DNA of 64,000 bases, taken from the NCBI RefSeq assembly GCF_009914755.1, contig NC_060944.1; one strand, 5' to 3'. A program made the translations under genes and the position numbers. The DNA is from the human T2T-CHM13v2.0 reference genome, Homo sapiens. Below the pieces are notes generated by a model. It did not search any database, had not been told where the DNA came from, and was given only the letters and a program-made list of their open reading frames with translations. The stretch's first letter is position 1. Each line of letters starts with the position of its first letter. Shown here one piece after another: positions 25,118 through 37,739 of the stretch.

Positions 25118-25404
25118 GAGAAGAGCAGGCTTTTTCCTGAATACATTGCTGTCCAATATTACTATAAAACATAATACACATGAATTATTAGAACAATTAA
25201 ATGAGAAAAACCCAGGCATGCAAAATATTAAAAAATATTTAAAACATTATTTTAAAAATTTAAATAATTATTAATTTAAATAGACTAAAATTGCTCTCTC
25301 AACTTGCTCTGTAAGTTCCCATATTTACTCTCAGTTTCTGTACTTATCTTCCTGTGAGATTTTAAAACAGCTTGGTTCATAATTCAGGTAGCACTGATAT
25401 AGAT

Positions 25405-25616
25405 CCACAGTCCAATACTATAGCCAGTACTCACATGCAGATGTTTAAAGTTAAATTTCAATTAGTTTAACTTAAATTCATTAAAAATGCAATTCCTCCA
25501 TTGCATTAGCCACATTTCAGGTATTCAGTAGCCATGTATGGCTAGTGATAACTATATTGGACATCACAGATATGGAACATTTCCATCATCGCAGAAAGTT
25601 TTATTGAACAGTACTG
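25405..25616 (+). mobile_element. MER3 (hAT-Charlie)
   Basis: TAGCCACATTTCAGGTATTCAGTAGCCATGTATGGCTAGTG...GAACATTTCCATCATCGCAGAAAGTT; flanks atatagat/ctgtagac. Confidence 0.85.
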
Positions 25617-25624
25617 CTGTAGAC

Positions 25625-26170
<546 letters not shown>

Positions 26171-26229
26171 CTCTGGGATGTTTCTAGGACAATCTAAAGT
26201 CCAAATCTGATCAGACTATCCTACTAATC

Positions 26230-26525
26230 CTTTTAAATTGATACATAATATGTGTACATATTTGGGATACATGTGGTTATGGGATACACCTGATCTTTTG
26301 GTACATGCTTAGAATGTGTAATAATCAAATCAGGGTATTTAGGATAGCCATAACCTTCAACATTTATCATTTTTTGTGTGTGTGTTGGAAACATTTCAAA
26401 TCTCTCCTAGCTATTTTGAAATAAACAATATATACAATGTATCATTGTTAGGTATAGTCATCCTACTGTGCTGTCCAACATTAGAATTTATTCCTTTTAT
26501 CTAACTGTATATTTGTACCCACCAC
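26230..26525 (-). mobile_element. L1MA 3' end
   Basis: TTGATACATAATATGTGTACATATTTGGG...AATCAAATCAGGGTATTTAGG...TCTAACTGTATATTTGTACCC. Confidence 0.85.
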
Positions 26526-26549
26526 TAATCTTTCCATAGCTTGCAAGAC

Positions 26550-26803
26550 CAGCTCTATCTAAAGTGGTAGGTATTAGCCACATGTGTTTATTTCAATTTC
26601 AGCTAATTAAACTTAATTTACATTAAGTTTAATGTCAATTAAACTTAAAGTTTAAAAATCATTTAAAGTTCAAAAATTATTTTCCCAGCCCGCCAGTCAC
26701 ATTTCAAGTACTCATTTGTCGCATGTGGCTGGTAGCTACTGAGTTGGACAGTGTAGATACAGAACATTTTCTTAACTGCAAGAAGTTTGATTGCACATTG
26801 CTG
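26550..26803 (+). mobile_element. MER3 (hAT-Charlie)
   Basis: TAGCCACATGTG...CACATTTCAAGTACTCA...GCATGTGGCTGGTAGCTACTGAGTTGGACAG...AGAACATTT. Confidence 0.8.
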
Positions 26804-26804
26804 A

Positions 26805-27550
26805 TTTAGACTCTAGTTTAACATCCAGAGATCTCATCATCTAGCAGAACTACCCCCTGCCTACCTCTCAAGCCCCCAAACCATGGTGCACCAGGTTGGC
26901 CCTTGTCTCTAACACAATGAGTTACGTAATTTAGTTCCTATGCACCATCACCCTCATTGTTCCTTTACCTTGACCACTATTTTTCCATTCCCTTCTTTCC
27001 ATTCACCTCTCCATAATCTTCAACTAATCTCTGTGTCAAAATTTACCTCATGGTCAGCTGCTCCAGAAAGCTTTTCTAGAAACCATCCCATGCTGCAACC
27101 CTGCCACAATTTAGATTGTCCCCTTTCATTTCTTAGGTAGAAGCCTATGTATGCATGTATCACATGCTTTTGCTGTTGACTTATTCTCTCCATTTAGATC
27201 AGCATTTCTCAGCCTCAGCACTATTGACATTTGGGGCCAGATAAGATAACTCTTTCTTGGGAAAGTAGACAGCTGTCTTGTGAGCTGTAAAATGTTTAGT
27301 CTCATTCCTAACCTCTACTCACTGGATGTCAGTAACCTCCCCAGTTGTGACCATCAGAAATATATCTGCACATTGTCAAATGTTCCCTGGGGAGCAAAAT
27401 CACCAATGCATAAGAACCACTACCTTAGACCTATCTGTTTTCTAAGGAGAGCCTCTTGAGGTCTGTGAGACACTTCAAACCACAGCATGGTACATAGGTC
27501 CTGCACACAATTGGCACTATGTTGGTATACATGCTGAATGAATGATTGAT
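26805..27550 (+). mobile_element. L2 3' part, interrupted by MER20
   Basis: L2-like CTCCAGAAAGCTTTTCTAG...; ends TGCTGAATGAATGATTGAT. Confidence 0.6.
27200..27422 (+). mobile_element. MER20 (hAT-Charlie)
   Basis: CAGCATTTCTCAGCCTCAGCACTATTGACATTTGGGGCCAGATAA...AATGTTCCCTGGGGAGCAAAATCACC...AGAACCACTA; flanks atttagat/ccttagac. Confidence 0.9.
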
Positions 27551-28036
27551 TAGGAAATCTGTTGTCAGCAGGTGTTTCTTCTTTCCTTGCATCCTTTGTT
27601 TCTTCTTTCTTTTATTCTGCTTCTTTGCACACATTCCCAAGTCTAAGCAACACATTCCCAAGTCTAATTCTATTTCATGAGTGAACCCATTGACCAAACA
27701 GGAGAGCCCTGCAGGGCAGTCATTGATCATAGGTGTCTCCCGTGGCCAGTTGGTTTGGTTGGCTGATCCACAGTAGAGGGATAGACAAAATTATCAACCT
27801 CTTAAAATGAAGACTGGGACTGGGAATGAATCAGATGTAACAGCCTCCCTGTGATGCTCAGTTTTATTAGCTATTTTATATATACTGTATATATGTATGT
27901 AAAATAGCTCTATCTTATGTAACTATTTTATATAGCTTTTAGCTATGGGTCAGAGTCGCCAATCTATCATCTTTTCAGCCAGCTGTCAACACATGGTTTC
28001 AGAATTTGGAAGAAACCTAAAAGATTATGCATTCCA

Positions 28037-28223
28037 GCAGGGCTTGGTGGTGTGCGTCTGTAGTCCCTGCTATTCAGGAGGCCAGGGTAGGAAAATTGCT
28101 TGAGCCCAGGAGTTCAAGGCTGTAGTGCACCATCATGGTGCCCGTGAAAAGCTACAGCACTCCAGCCTGTCCAACATAGCAAGAGCGCATCTCTTTAAAA
28201 AAGAGAGAGAGAGAGAGAGAGAA
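28037..28223 (+). mobile_element. FAM (fossil Alu monomer) with (GA)n tail
   Basis: Monomer with FAM-type segment GGCTGTAGTGCAC...GTGCCCGTGAAAAGCTACAGCACTCCAGCCTG; TSD aaaagattatgcattcca/aaaagatcatgctttca. Confidence 0.85.
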
Positions 28224-29124
28224 AAGATCATGCTTTCAGATTCCTCATTTTTTTCTACATCTGGACACTTTCCTTAGGTCCTACTCCAGCCATCATTAGC
28301 ATCTTAAGATAAAGATAGAATTTTGAAGTTCCATCATTTATAACCAATCAAATGCAAAATTATAAGACAGTGATATTCTTGATTTGAAAGCTCTAAACTC
28401 TGATGTCTGCTGCTCTGCTCTTCACTAGTAAGTTCCCTGGCACTAGAGCAATGTTATAGGATGGTGACCTAGTTTAGCTCTACCGTATTTCTCGAGCCAA
28501 GTAGAGAAGAACTGGAAGTTCTCTGCCATCCAGGCCTGCAACAGCTTTGGAGTCTCTCATTTGCTTTGCTCTTCTTCTATCTGGAATCCTTTCAGAAGCC
28601 TGATCCCCCACTTCGTGCATTCTGAAAGTCTGGGCCTTATAGTATTTGTGCTTCTTGCTGGGCACCATTTCTGCCCAGTGTTACCTGATATGTCTTTACA
28701 CACCTAGCTCTAATTGTCCTAATATTGGCATTCTCTTGTTTTGGACTGGAGGAAAGATGGTTAAGTCCTCTCTCCTTTCTTGGTTTAGCACTTCTTGCAA
28801 TGTTTTTCTAGATTTGACCTACCTTTAATCTCTGCAGGCATGGTCCAATACCCTTCTAGCAGCTGGCGCTGGCATTGCAATGTGAATCTGCCACTATGCT
28901 ATGGGCTGGGCTCTAAGTGGAAATATGTATACATTTTTTCACTGCAAAGAATCAGCTCCCTCTCTCACTCCAGGAGATGGTTGCCTCAGCCCTGTCACAC
29001 TCTTGGTCCTAGGCAGCTTTCAGCTTCCTCTGTAACTCAACCATATGGCCAGTTAGATGGATTGAGAGCATGACCACCAAATCACCTGGGATCCTACTTA
29101 TCACAAAACCGTGAAGCTTTGTTA

Positions 29125-29450
29125 CAGTCATTTATTCAATCCCATCAAATATTTATCAAATACCTGCTCTGGGATAGCTCCAGTGGATACAGTAAGATGT
29201 CATATTCATCAAGCTGCTGGTCATCTAATGGGAATAATAATGAAGCAAAAACATGATTATTGTACAGTGAGAAATGGATATACAAAGGGATATGGAACAC
29301 AGATAAGGGGGAAATCAGAGAAAGACAATAAGAATGAATCCTTTTTAGTAACAGTGTACTGTGTGCCAGGCAAGGTGCTTGTAATTTCTATATAGTTTAC
29401 ATTTCTATTTAAAGTCTCATAACCACTTGGTGAGGCAGACAGGCATTCGA
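29125..29450 (-). mobile_element. L2 tail plus MIR fragment
   Basis: CATTTATTCAATCCCATCAAATATTTATC (reverse L2 tail); TACTGTGTGCCAGGCAAGGTGCT (reverse MIR). Confidence 0.6.
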
Positions 29451-29514
29451 AAATAGCGGAAACCCTCTTTAGAAATTGATAACTTGGTTAAGTTGATTAT
29501 TTTTTTCTTTCCTT

Positions 29515-30220
29515 TACCTTTTCTTGAAATATAAAATGCAGTTAAAAAGGTACACTCTTCTAAATAGTATAGCTCAGTGAGTTTTTACAAGATGAGCACA
29601 TCCCTGTAACCAGCAGTCTGATAACCACATTAAGAAACAGGACATTTCCTGCATCCCAGAGGTCCTCACATCCCCCTAACTGCACCCTCCTCCCACCACC
29701 CTGCTCCCTTCCTGAATTCTGCTGCCTCTCTACCCAAGGCTAATCTTCTGGCTTTAACAGCATAGATAAGCTGTGCCTGTTTTATTCTTACGTCAATGAA
29801 ACAAACTCATCTACTCTTTTTGTGTGTCCACATTTTTTCACTCAACGTGGTGTTTGTAAAATTCATCCCACATTGTTGCATGCGATTGTAATCCTCATTG
29901 CTGTATAATATTCCATTGTGTGGATGTTCCATTTATTCATTCTACTGTTATGGGCAGTTGGATAGTTTCATTTTTGGATCATAGTTCATAGCATTGCTAT
30001 GGGTATTCTAGTGTTCATATTTTCTTGCACACATGTAAAAATTTCTGCTTGGTGTGTGTCTTAGAGTGAAACTGCTGAGTTATAGGCATTTGTGGGATTG
30101 AAGGTGGAATGGGAAAGAGACGTATGCAATCAGCTCACGAGCTGGTGACACTGCTGGTAAAAGGGAGTGCCTATACCTAGCTTTAATAGATATTGCCAAA
30201 TGGTTTTCCAAAATGGTTTA
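29515..30220 (-). mobile_element. L1ME-type 3' end
   Basis: GTATAGCTCAGTGAGTTTTTACAA...AAGAAACAGGACATTTCC...CATTGCTGTATAATATTCCATTGTGTG...TATTGCCAAATGGTTTTCCAAAATGGTT. Confidence 0.8.
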
Positions 30221-31299
30221 AAAGTGTTGAGTTTTGAGGAGCATGCAGGAGTTAACCAGAAGGTTAAAGTAATAATAATAATAACAACAACAATAATAAA
30301 AGGGAGCAGGGTGGAGTTACAGAAATAGTGTTACAGAAATATGCAGTGTATGATTGTCAAATTTGGTTGTTACTGGTTAGCTGGGTGCATGAATTTGCAA
30401 TCCTGTCATGTGTTCATTTTGCTTATTCTTCCCTGAAATTTCCAGCCACTAATGGAATGTAACACTTTACCCTTTTTGAACTTCTTCCTTCTCAATGCAG
30501 TACCACATTAAAGGTCAACTGTGAAATTTCCACGTCCTATTAAATACTATTCCTAGAGCTGGATATAATATTTCAGAATGCTACCCCTGTTCCAAGACAT
30601 ACGCATACTTTAGTGAACATGAAATTCTGTGTTTGAATATCCAGATTTCTTTTTTTGCCTCTATTGTCTTTGCTTTGACTTTGTGGATTTGGCAATGGTT
30701 GATAAATTGTTTTAGAGTAGAAGATCACTAGATTAGAAACAGTATTTAACTAAAAATAGACCTCTTGGCTGATTATCAGTGTCTCAAGAGACAGTGTGAG
30801 TGAATTTCTGTTTCTTTTTGCCATGATGCTAACTGTCACCCGGAATATAATGCTTACTGGCTTAACCCCTTTTGTTTTTTATATTATGTTTAGAATGTGT
30901 ATGTCTCCTTGTAAGAATCCAATTTGAGGGGTTCAGAAACACATAGTGAATATGCCTGATGAGTAGTGATTTTTCAATAATGATTTTTACATGTTATGTC
31001 TCCTCAAAGATAACAACAGAGCACCATGTTGCCTAAATTCATGTAACTTCCTTCTGGGTTAAACTGTTTATTGGACATTTCTGAATATATGCACCATATG
31101 TGGCTATCTTTCAAAGTATGTGTCTGAGATATTATTCAGAGCCTTTTCCAGCCATTTAGAGATATATGTGGAGCTTAGAGAGAATAAAAATATAATGTGC
31201 ATTATTTACTAGTAATTCACATAAAATATTCCATTTCTAAAGCATGTTGCAGAATTATTCTACTGGTAAATTAAGATTGAAGTTGTCCTTAGATAATAG

Positions 31300-33530
31300 C
31301 TAGCAGTATAATAAAAATACCACATAATAGAAATTGATTCTGAAATGTAAGAATGTTTTATTATTGGAAAATATATCCATATAATTATTACTTCTACAGA
31401 TAAAAAGAGGAAAGCCACATGATCATACTGATAAGGCAACAAAAAGATGTGACAAAATTCTAATAATTTTAAAAATCTCTTACAAATTAGAAATAGTAAG
31501 ATGCTATCACAAACCAACAACATCATACATGATAGTAACATTCTTGAGCATGTCTCTAAATTGGGAGAGAGCCAAAGTTATTCGTGCACGTCCCTATTAT
31601 TGAACACTGCTTAATAAAATGAATTAAGCACTATAAATATTAGAATTGTCATTTTATAACTTGCGTATGAGATGACTGTCTACCCTGAAAAAACAAGATC
31701 AACTAAAATGTTAATCCCAAGGAAGAGTTCAACACGGAAATTATTTCTAAAATACTTTTATAAAATGAGAAAGTTTTTTATGTCCAGTAATCAAAAGTTA
31801 GTGAAGCTGACATTCAAAACCTCAAGCTCAAATATAAAGGACCTATATTTAAAAAAAATCTTAAGGCGTGTATAGGATTCTTGTATTAAATTGAAACTCT
31901 CAAGGCAATCCAAAGTAGTTTTAAATAAGTAGAAGCACTATATTTCTGGAAGGAATAATATTTTAAAGATACATGTTCTTTCCAAATTAAATTACTACAA
32001 ATTCAGTTAAAGTTAGGAAGGTGTTTTTCAAACTTGGAAAATGACTCAAGTTAATTTGAAATTTTTTGAAGAAACTACTAAAAAATGCTGAGGGAATTAT
32101 GCCAACCAAAATTTCAAATATAGTGTAAGACAACTAATATAGCACTCTATTGATATGGAAATCAATTCATCAGTAAAACAGAATAGAAAGTTCATAAATA
32201 CACTAATTACTATAAAAAATAACACAGGCACAGTGACTCACACTTGTAATCCCAGTAATTTAGGAGGCTGAGGCAAGAGGATGGCTTGAGGCCGGGAGTT
32301 TGAAATCAGCCCAGATAACATAGTGAGACCCCTGTCTTTACAAAAAATTCAAAAAATTAGCTATGGGTAGTGGTGCCTGCCTGCAGTTCTAGCTGCTCGA
32401 GAGGCTAAGGCGGGAGGATCGCTTGAGCCCAGGAGTTTGAGGTTGCAGTAAACTATAATCTCACAACTGCACTCCAGCTTGGGTAACAGAACAAGACCCC
32501 ATCTCAAAATATTAATTAATTAATTAATATAAAATAAAGGTACTAAATCAATTGGGTAACACAGGATTATTCAATGAGAGGCAGAAACTACAAAAGGAGA
32601 GTAAAGACAAACTTGATAGCACCATTATTTAAAAATACTTCTACACAAAACAATTCACAAATGCCAAGTCCGAACCAAACAAACTGGAATATTTTTGCAA
32701 AATAGATGACATTTTAGAAACTTTAAATCCTTATTCTGTACTAGCCTTTATAAATTAAAGAATAATAGAAATATGGGTAAACGATATGAATGGGAAAGTA
32801 AAGCCCCCCAAAGAAAGAAAGAAATGCAAACACAAATAGATATGAGAAAGTTATTAATTTCAGCAATAATCAAAGAAATACATACTATAACAATAATTAT
32901 TTTCACCCATAAAATTTCCCTTATTTTCAAAACTAAAAGTTCCAGTGGTTGACAGTGGGGAGGTTAAATACCACTCCAAGGTATTTTGCAGATAATTTAC
33001 ATTGGTTCAGCTTTTCTGGTAGCCTTTGGCATATTTATCACAAGCATGAAAGTCCTCAAGCCCTTTAATTCAAAAATTTTATTTTTAATGTATTATTCTA
33101 AGGAAATTATAATGAAAGTAGGCAGACATTACAAGGAAATTGCTTGTAGTACTGATCAATAGTATAACAAATTGAAACATAAACTGTAAGTATTCAGCCA
33201 AAGGAATAAATTAAATAATCATAATATATGTCAATAGTGGAATCGTAGGCAGACATTAAGAAAGCTGTTACCAAATTAAATAATATATAAATATGTTCAT
33301 GCTCTAGTGTCAAGGGAAATATGCAGATTACAAAGGAAAATGAACAATAAGATCTTATTTTTTAAAAAGAAAAAATGCCCAGAAGTCATATGGACATGCA
33401 CGAAAGTAACAGTGGTTTTCTCTGTCTTGTGTGATTATAAATGATTTTAATTTACTTACTTGTACTTGCCTCACATTTGCAAGTGTTTTTCTACAGCAAG
33501 CATATATTACTTTTATAACATCATGATAAA
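31300..33530 (+). mobile_element. Decayed L1ME ORF2 to 3' UTR, interrupted by an AluJ
   Basis: AAGCCACATGATCATACTGATAAGGCAACAAAAAGATGTGACAAAATTC resembles the L1 RT segment NHMIISIDAEKAFDKI; 3' end CATATATTACTTTTATAA; many stops and deletions. Confidence 0.75.
32227..32530 (+). mobile_element. AluJ (Jr/Jo-like)
   Basis: GGCACAGTGACTCACACTTGTAATCCCAG...GGATCGCTTGAGCCCAGGAG...; (TTAA)n tail. Confidence 0.9.
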
Positions 33531-34139
33531 AATCATATTTCATTGTATTTTACAATGGACATTTTGTTTTCTAAAATCAGAAAGCAGAAATGAAATAATT
33601 ATAACTATATCTTAATTCAGAGTTTAAAGGAGAAATCTCCATTTACTGGTTTCCCCATTACTACTTAATTGGCTAATCTAGTTTTTCATTTACCCTGATG
33701 TAGACACAAATAGAATCTGCAATATAATCAGGCACCAACCATGGGATTAATTAGCTAACTAATTACGTAAATGGGATCCCAGTTTTAACAGTCATACCTC
33801 TGCAAAAATTGTCTTTTTCTTTGCAAAAACAATGAAGTGTCAACTTTTAAAAAATTAATCCTGCCAACTTCTTATAAAAAGATTGTGTAATGTCTTGGGG
33901 AAAGATTTAAGATATACAAGTTAAAGATGGCCTTTGAAAGACAGACAGATTTGAATTTAATATTTGACTCTTTTCTAAGAATTTAAAATTATTCTCAAAG
34001 ACGAAAATGAATGGTCTGAAACTCAACGAAATCTTTTCCATGTGAGTTATGCACTCATGGTGTCCCTGTAGGAGTTAGAGAGGTGAATAAATTGAACGAG
34101 TAATGATTTGTACTCTTAAACTTCCTGGAAGGAGAAGTG

Positions 34140-35170
34140 GCTTGGAGGGTGTTGGTGGGAATAGCCAAGGTATGACTGTGATTTCAGGTAAGATAATTTG
34201 AGGAGCTGACAATTTACCTGCGTGGAAGTATCCAGCAGGCATTTGGGAATATGTAATTGGCTCCTGAATCAGACATGTCAGTGAGGTGATACTCATATAG
34301 GAGTCAGTTACCTAAAAGTGACAGCTAAACCTTATGAAGGCAATGAATTCCAGGTTAGTGCAGAGCCTCTGCACAGTTCCAAACCCAGGGGATGCTCTTC
34401 TCATTCTCTTATCTGAAGTTAAGCTCCAGGGCTTATCATTCACATAAACTACATTATGAACAATGCTGTTTCCATCTCTCTATCATGCCAGATGTCATAT
34501 ACTAGATGAGGTCTCTCAGAAGAGCTAGACAGAAGTATAAGGACTCACCTTTATATATACAAAGTGAGGAACAAGACAATATGTACAAGGACTCATATTA
34601 ACATATGCAGGATGAAAGGGGAAAAAGAGGTCAGTTAATTGGTTTTAAAAAAAAGATGAAATAAGACAGGCTCAAGGAAAACGGAAAGGGGGCAAAATTG
34701 CGGGAAGTGTTTGGCCTGTGGTTTCAAATGTTATAGACAGACCTGAGGCAATGATAACTGAGACAAGCCACTGGGCCTAAAAGTATATAGAAATGGGTAA
34801 TCTTAGGGATGGTGGAGTCCATTGAGTAAATGGGTGGCTGGGGGGAAGACATCAGACCCCGAGAAGCAGAAGCTAAGGCCTGGGGAGGAATGGAAGACTA
34901 TGGACTTAAGAGTGTAGCATCATTGGTCGAAAGACTTTTATTTATATTTAGGGAGACTAGAGCATGTCTTTAGGTAGAGCAAAAGGAAGCAGGAGAGAGG
35001 GGAACACTGAAATACAGGAAAAAGAGGGGATAGTTGAGTAAACAGAAAGAACCCTAAGTGAAAGCAGGAGGAGATTGGAGCAGTATACCAGGACCGGGAT
35101 GAGCCCTGGAAAAGAGAAGGAGCACCTATTTCTCAGAGCTAGGATGAGACTGAGGTGGACAGGGAACTAA
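34140..35170 (-). mobile_element. L2 fragments
   Basis: GTATCCAGCAGGCATTTGGGAATATG...; GGGAGACTAGAGCATGTCTTTAGGT...; purine-rich reverse L2 ORF2 style. Confidence 0.6.
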
Positions 35171-36069
35171 CGCCTTCCAGAACAGAAATATGTGGTCCGA
35201 TGAGTATTGAATGCAACTTAAAATCTAGTTGGAATGTGATGGATAAGAAGAGACCCAAAGTCATCAACAAGCCTTCTCATGAACTTTCAGTCATTAACCT
35301 TCCTATATAGTAAGGACAGAAATGATGATTTAAGCCATCTTAGGCAAGGCAGTGCTAACAATATGCTTTTGTAAAGTCACCATCCGGTGTAAGGCATAGG
35401 CACCAGCTTAGTGATGTTTGCAAATAAGCCAGTGGTGGGTGTGGATAAATTAGAGAGAGTACCAAATGCAGTTTGAAAAGTGTTAAGTTTTGTCTCTAGT
35501 AAATTGCATGTAGTTTTACCAAATAGTGCTTCAGTGTTCTCTTTGTGTTTCCTCTTTCTGGTACTTAAAAAAAAAAAAAAGTAAAGTCAGTTCATGTAGC
35601 TGTGAGATAAATCTTGAGAAAAAGAGTATTGAATAGGGTACTGAGTTTATTGGTTAACACTTAGGAAAGATACGATGCTTGATAGGAGATCCTTTTTATT
35701 AAACACAAAGAATAGCATTTTATTCTATGCCTTAGAATTTTGTGATAGAATTGGCAACAATTCAGTTCACAAAGAGCCTTAGCACTGTGGCCACTAATGC
35801 ACTGTAAAATGGGTTTTTGTTGATGTTGATTTGGAGGCTGTGTTAAATATCTTGCCCACAGCTCTAAGGTTTTGGGTACAAATCTATAAAACTATTTCAC
35901 ATTTATGCTACTTCCTTTTAAGACGATAGGTAATTCCCAATGATTTGCTTATAAATCAGTTATGGTTTACAAAGCAGACCAAGAGACATTCAGATTTCTG
36001 AAAACAAATTATCCATAGTTTTCTATTAAACATAGAACTGGGAAAAGACTTAGTGATTACTTAGACTAT

Positions 36070-36640
36070 GCCTCTGATTTTTAAAACGAATTGTAATTAC
36101 AACCATAATCTATGATTTTTTTTCATGAAAAAAAACAAAAGCTGTGTGAATGAGGTCAGTAACTTCCTCAACACCTCTCAGTCTCCCAAACAACAACACA
36201 GGTTAACCGTTATCAGTTTGCTGTGAAACCTTCCAAAATTTTCATGATATTGACACACACACACACACACACGCACACACACACACATTTGCTTAATATG
36301 CAGTATTTAATGTATGTTCAATACATAGCATTTTTTTGCATTTTGCTTTTTATACTTAGTGATGTATCTTAGAGATTTTTGCATATCAGTATGCCTAGAG
36401 CTACTTCACTATTTTTATTTGATGCAAAATATTTCATCACATGGATGCGCCATCATTTTTTTCACTTTCTCCTTAAATGGATATTTGGCTTGTTTTAATT
36501 TTTTTTCTGTTACCAATGATGCTGGAATGCACACACCTCCTTGTGCATAAGTATTGGCCTTCTTTGGGATACATAGGGAAGCGTAAATGCATTTTACATT
36601 TTAAGTGGCATTGCCAACTTATCCTTCAAGATGATAGTAT
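36070..36640 (-). mobile_element. L1ME 3' fragment
   Basis: GTTATCAGTTTGCTGTG...CATATCAGTATGCCTAGAG...ATGGATATTTGGCTTGTTT...CATTGCCAACTT. Confidence 0.65.
36253..36287. repeat. (CA)n microsatellite
   Basis: About 17 CA units with one interruption. Confidence 0.95.
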
Positions 36641-37519
36641 AGCAGCCTTTTAATTTTAGAAATTAAGAAGGTTAAGAAGGTAAGGCACAGAGATTTTATA
36701 GCTTGCCAAATAGCATAACAATTTAGGAACTAGAAATCAAATATCCTATTTCCTTTATAGATTTCTAGTGTCTACATCAAATTTTTTCCAAATTTATAAA
36801 AGAAGAAAATAATGTATATTAAACTAGCCCCATGAAATTTTGCTTCATACTTTTCCTATTCTTTACCAGCAAAGCAAAACCAGTTCTGATTGGTCATTTA
36901 AATCAATGAGTTGAATACAAACAGAAGTATAATTGCCAAATTATGGGTTTTGGGAAACTATGATGAACACGAGATTCTTTACTTGTCTGTTGTAGGTTAT
37001 TTTTCCAGGTTATGTGATCCTGTGATCACATATCTGCCAACATTTTCATGTTTTGGGTATTTCCTAATGTAATTGAATTTCTCCTGGTTTAGAAATTTAT
37101 CAACAGAATCATCTTTATTTCTTCCCTTGATGTATTCCCAAATGTAAGAAAAATATGCATAGTGAGTTGATAAAAAGAATGCAAGTAATCTACTTGAAAA
37201 ATTAAGCCTCTACTTTCCAGGAAAGATAATTTTAATGGGGTTTGGGTTCATTCTCTATGAGTCCTTCTCTATCCTAATGTCATGTTGGGTCACAATTGTC
37301 TGATGATCCTGGCTAAGCATTTGGTTAACCTCATTTTGGGTCCTCTTTCTCTCTTCACATGGAGGAGCACAGCACTTGAACTCTCTCGTGTTTGAGGACA
37401 ACTGGGCTGACATCGAGTGAATTTTTGGAAAACTATTATGTCTTTGTAGTCACTTAATGTCAGCTTGATGTTGAAGCAAAGTTCTGTAGGAGTAAAAAAA
37501 ATACAAGAAGTGCAATGAA

Positions 37520-37700
37520 ATATTAATTAGGCACCGAGTAGAGGCAAGGAGCTGGGCTAGGCATTTTTATGTATGTTATCTAATCTATGCTCACAAGACT
37601 TACAACCCATGTTGTAAGTCTTGTTTTGTTTGATTTCCGTATCAGGAAATGGAGGCTGAGAAAGAGAATAACACATCAACTAGTATACACAGAGGTTCTC
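37520..37700 (-). mobile_element. MIR containing a perfect hairpin
   Basis: GGGCTAGGCATTTTTATGTATGTTATCT...AGGAAATGGAGGCTGAGAAAG. Confidence 0.6.
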
Positions 37701-37739
37701 TAGCTTTCCCTACTTCTTTCTACCACCCTTCCTCCCACC

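Noticed and set aside
26921-26930. Perfect PAR-bZIP site GTTACGTAAT (and TTACGTAA at 33763-33770)
   Set aside because: Isolated short motifs, the first within L2; one or two are plausible by chance
31260-33543. Possible reverse-transcriptase coding region
   Set aside because: An ancient L1 ORF2 relic with many stops and deletions plus an Alu insertion; not an intact gene or novel retroelement
34360-34480. Possible MER91-like fragment inside L2
   Set aside because: Similarity to the recalled consensus is too short and diverged to call without an alignment
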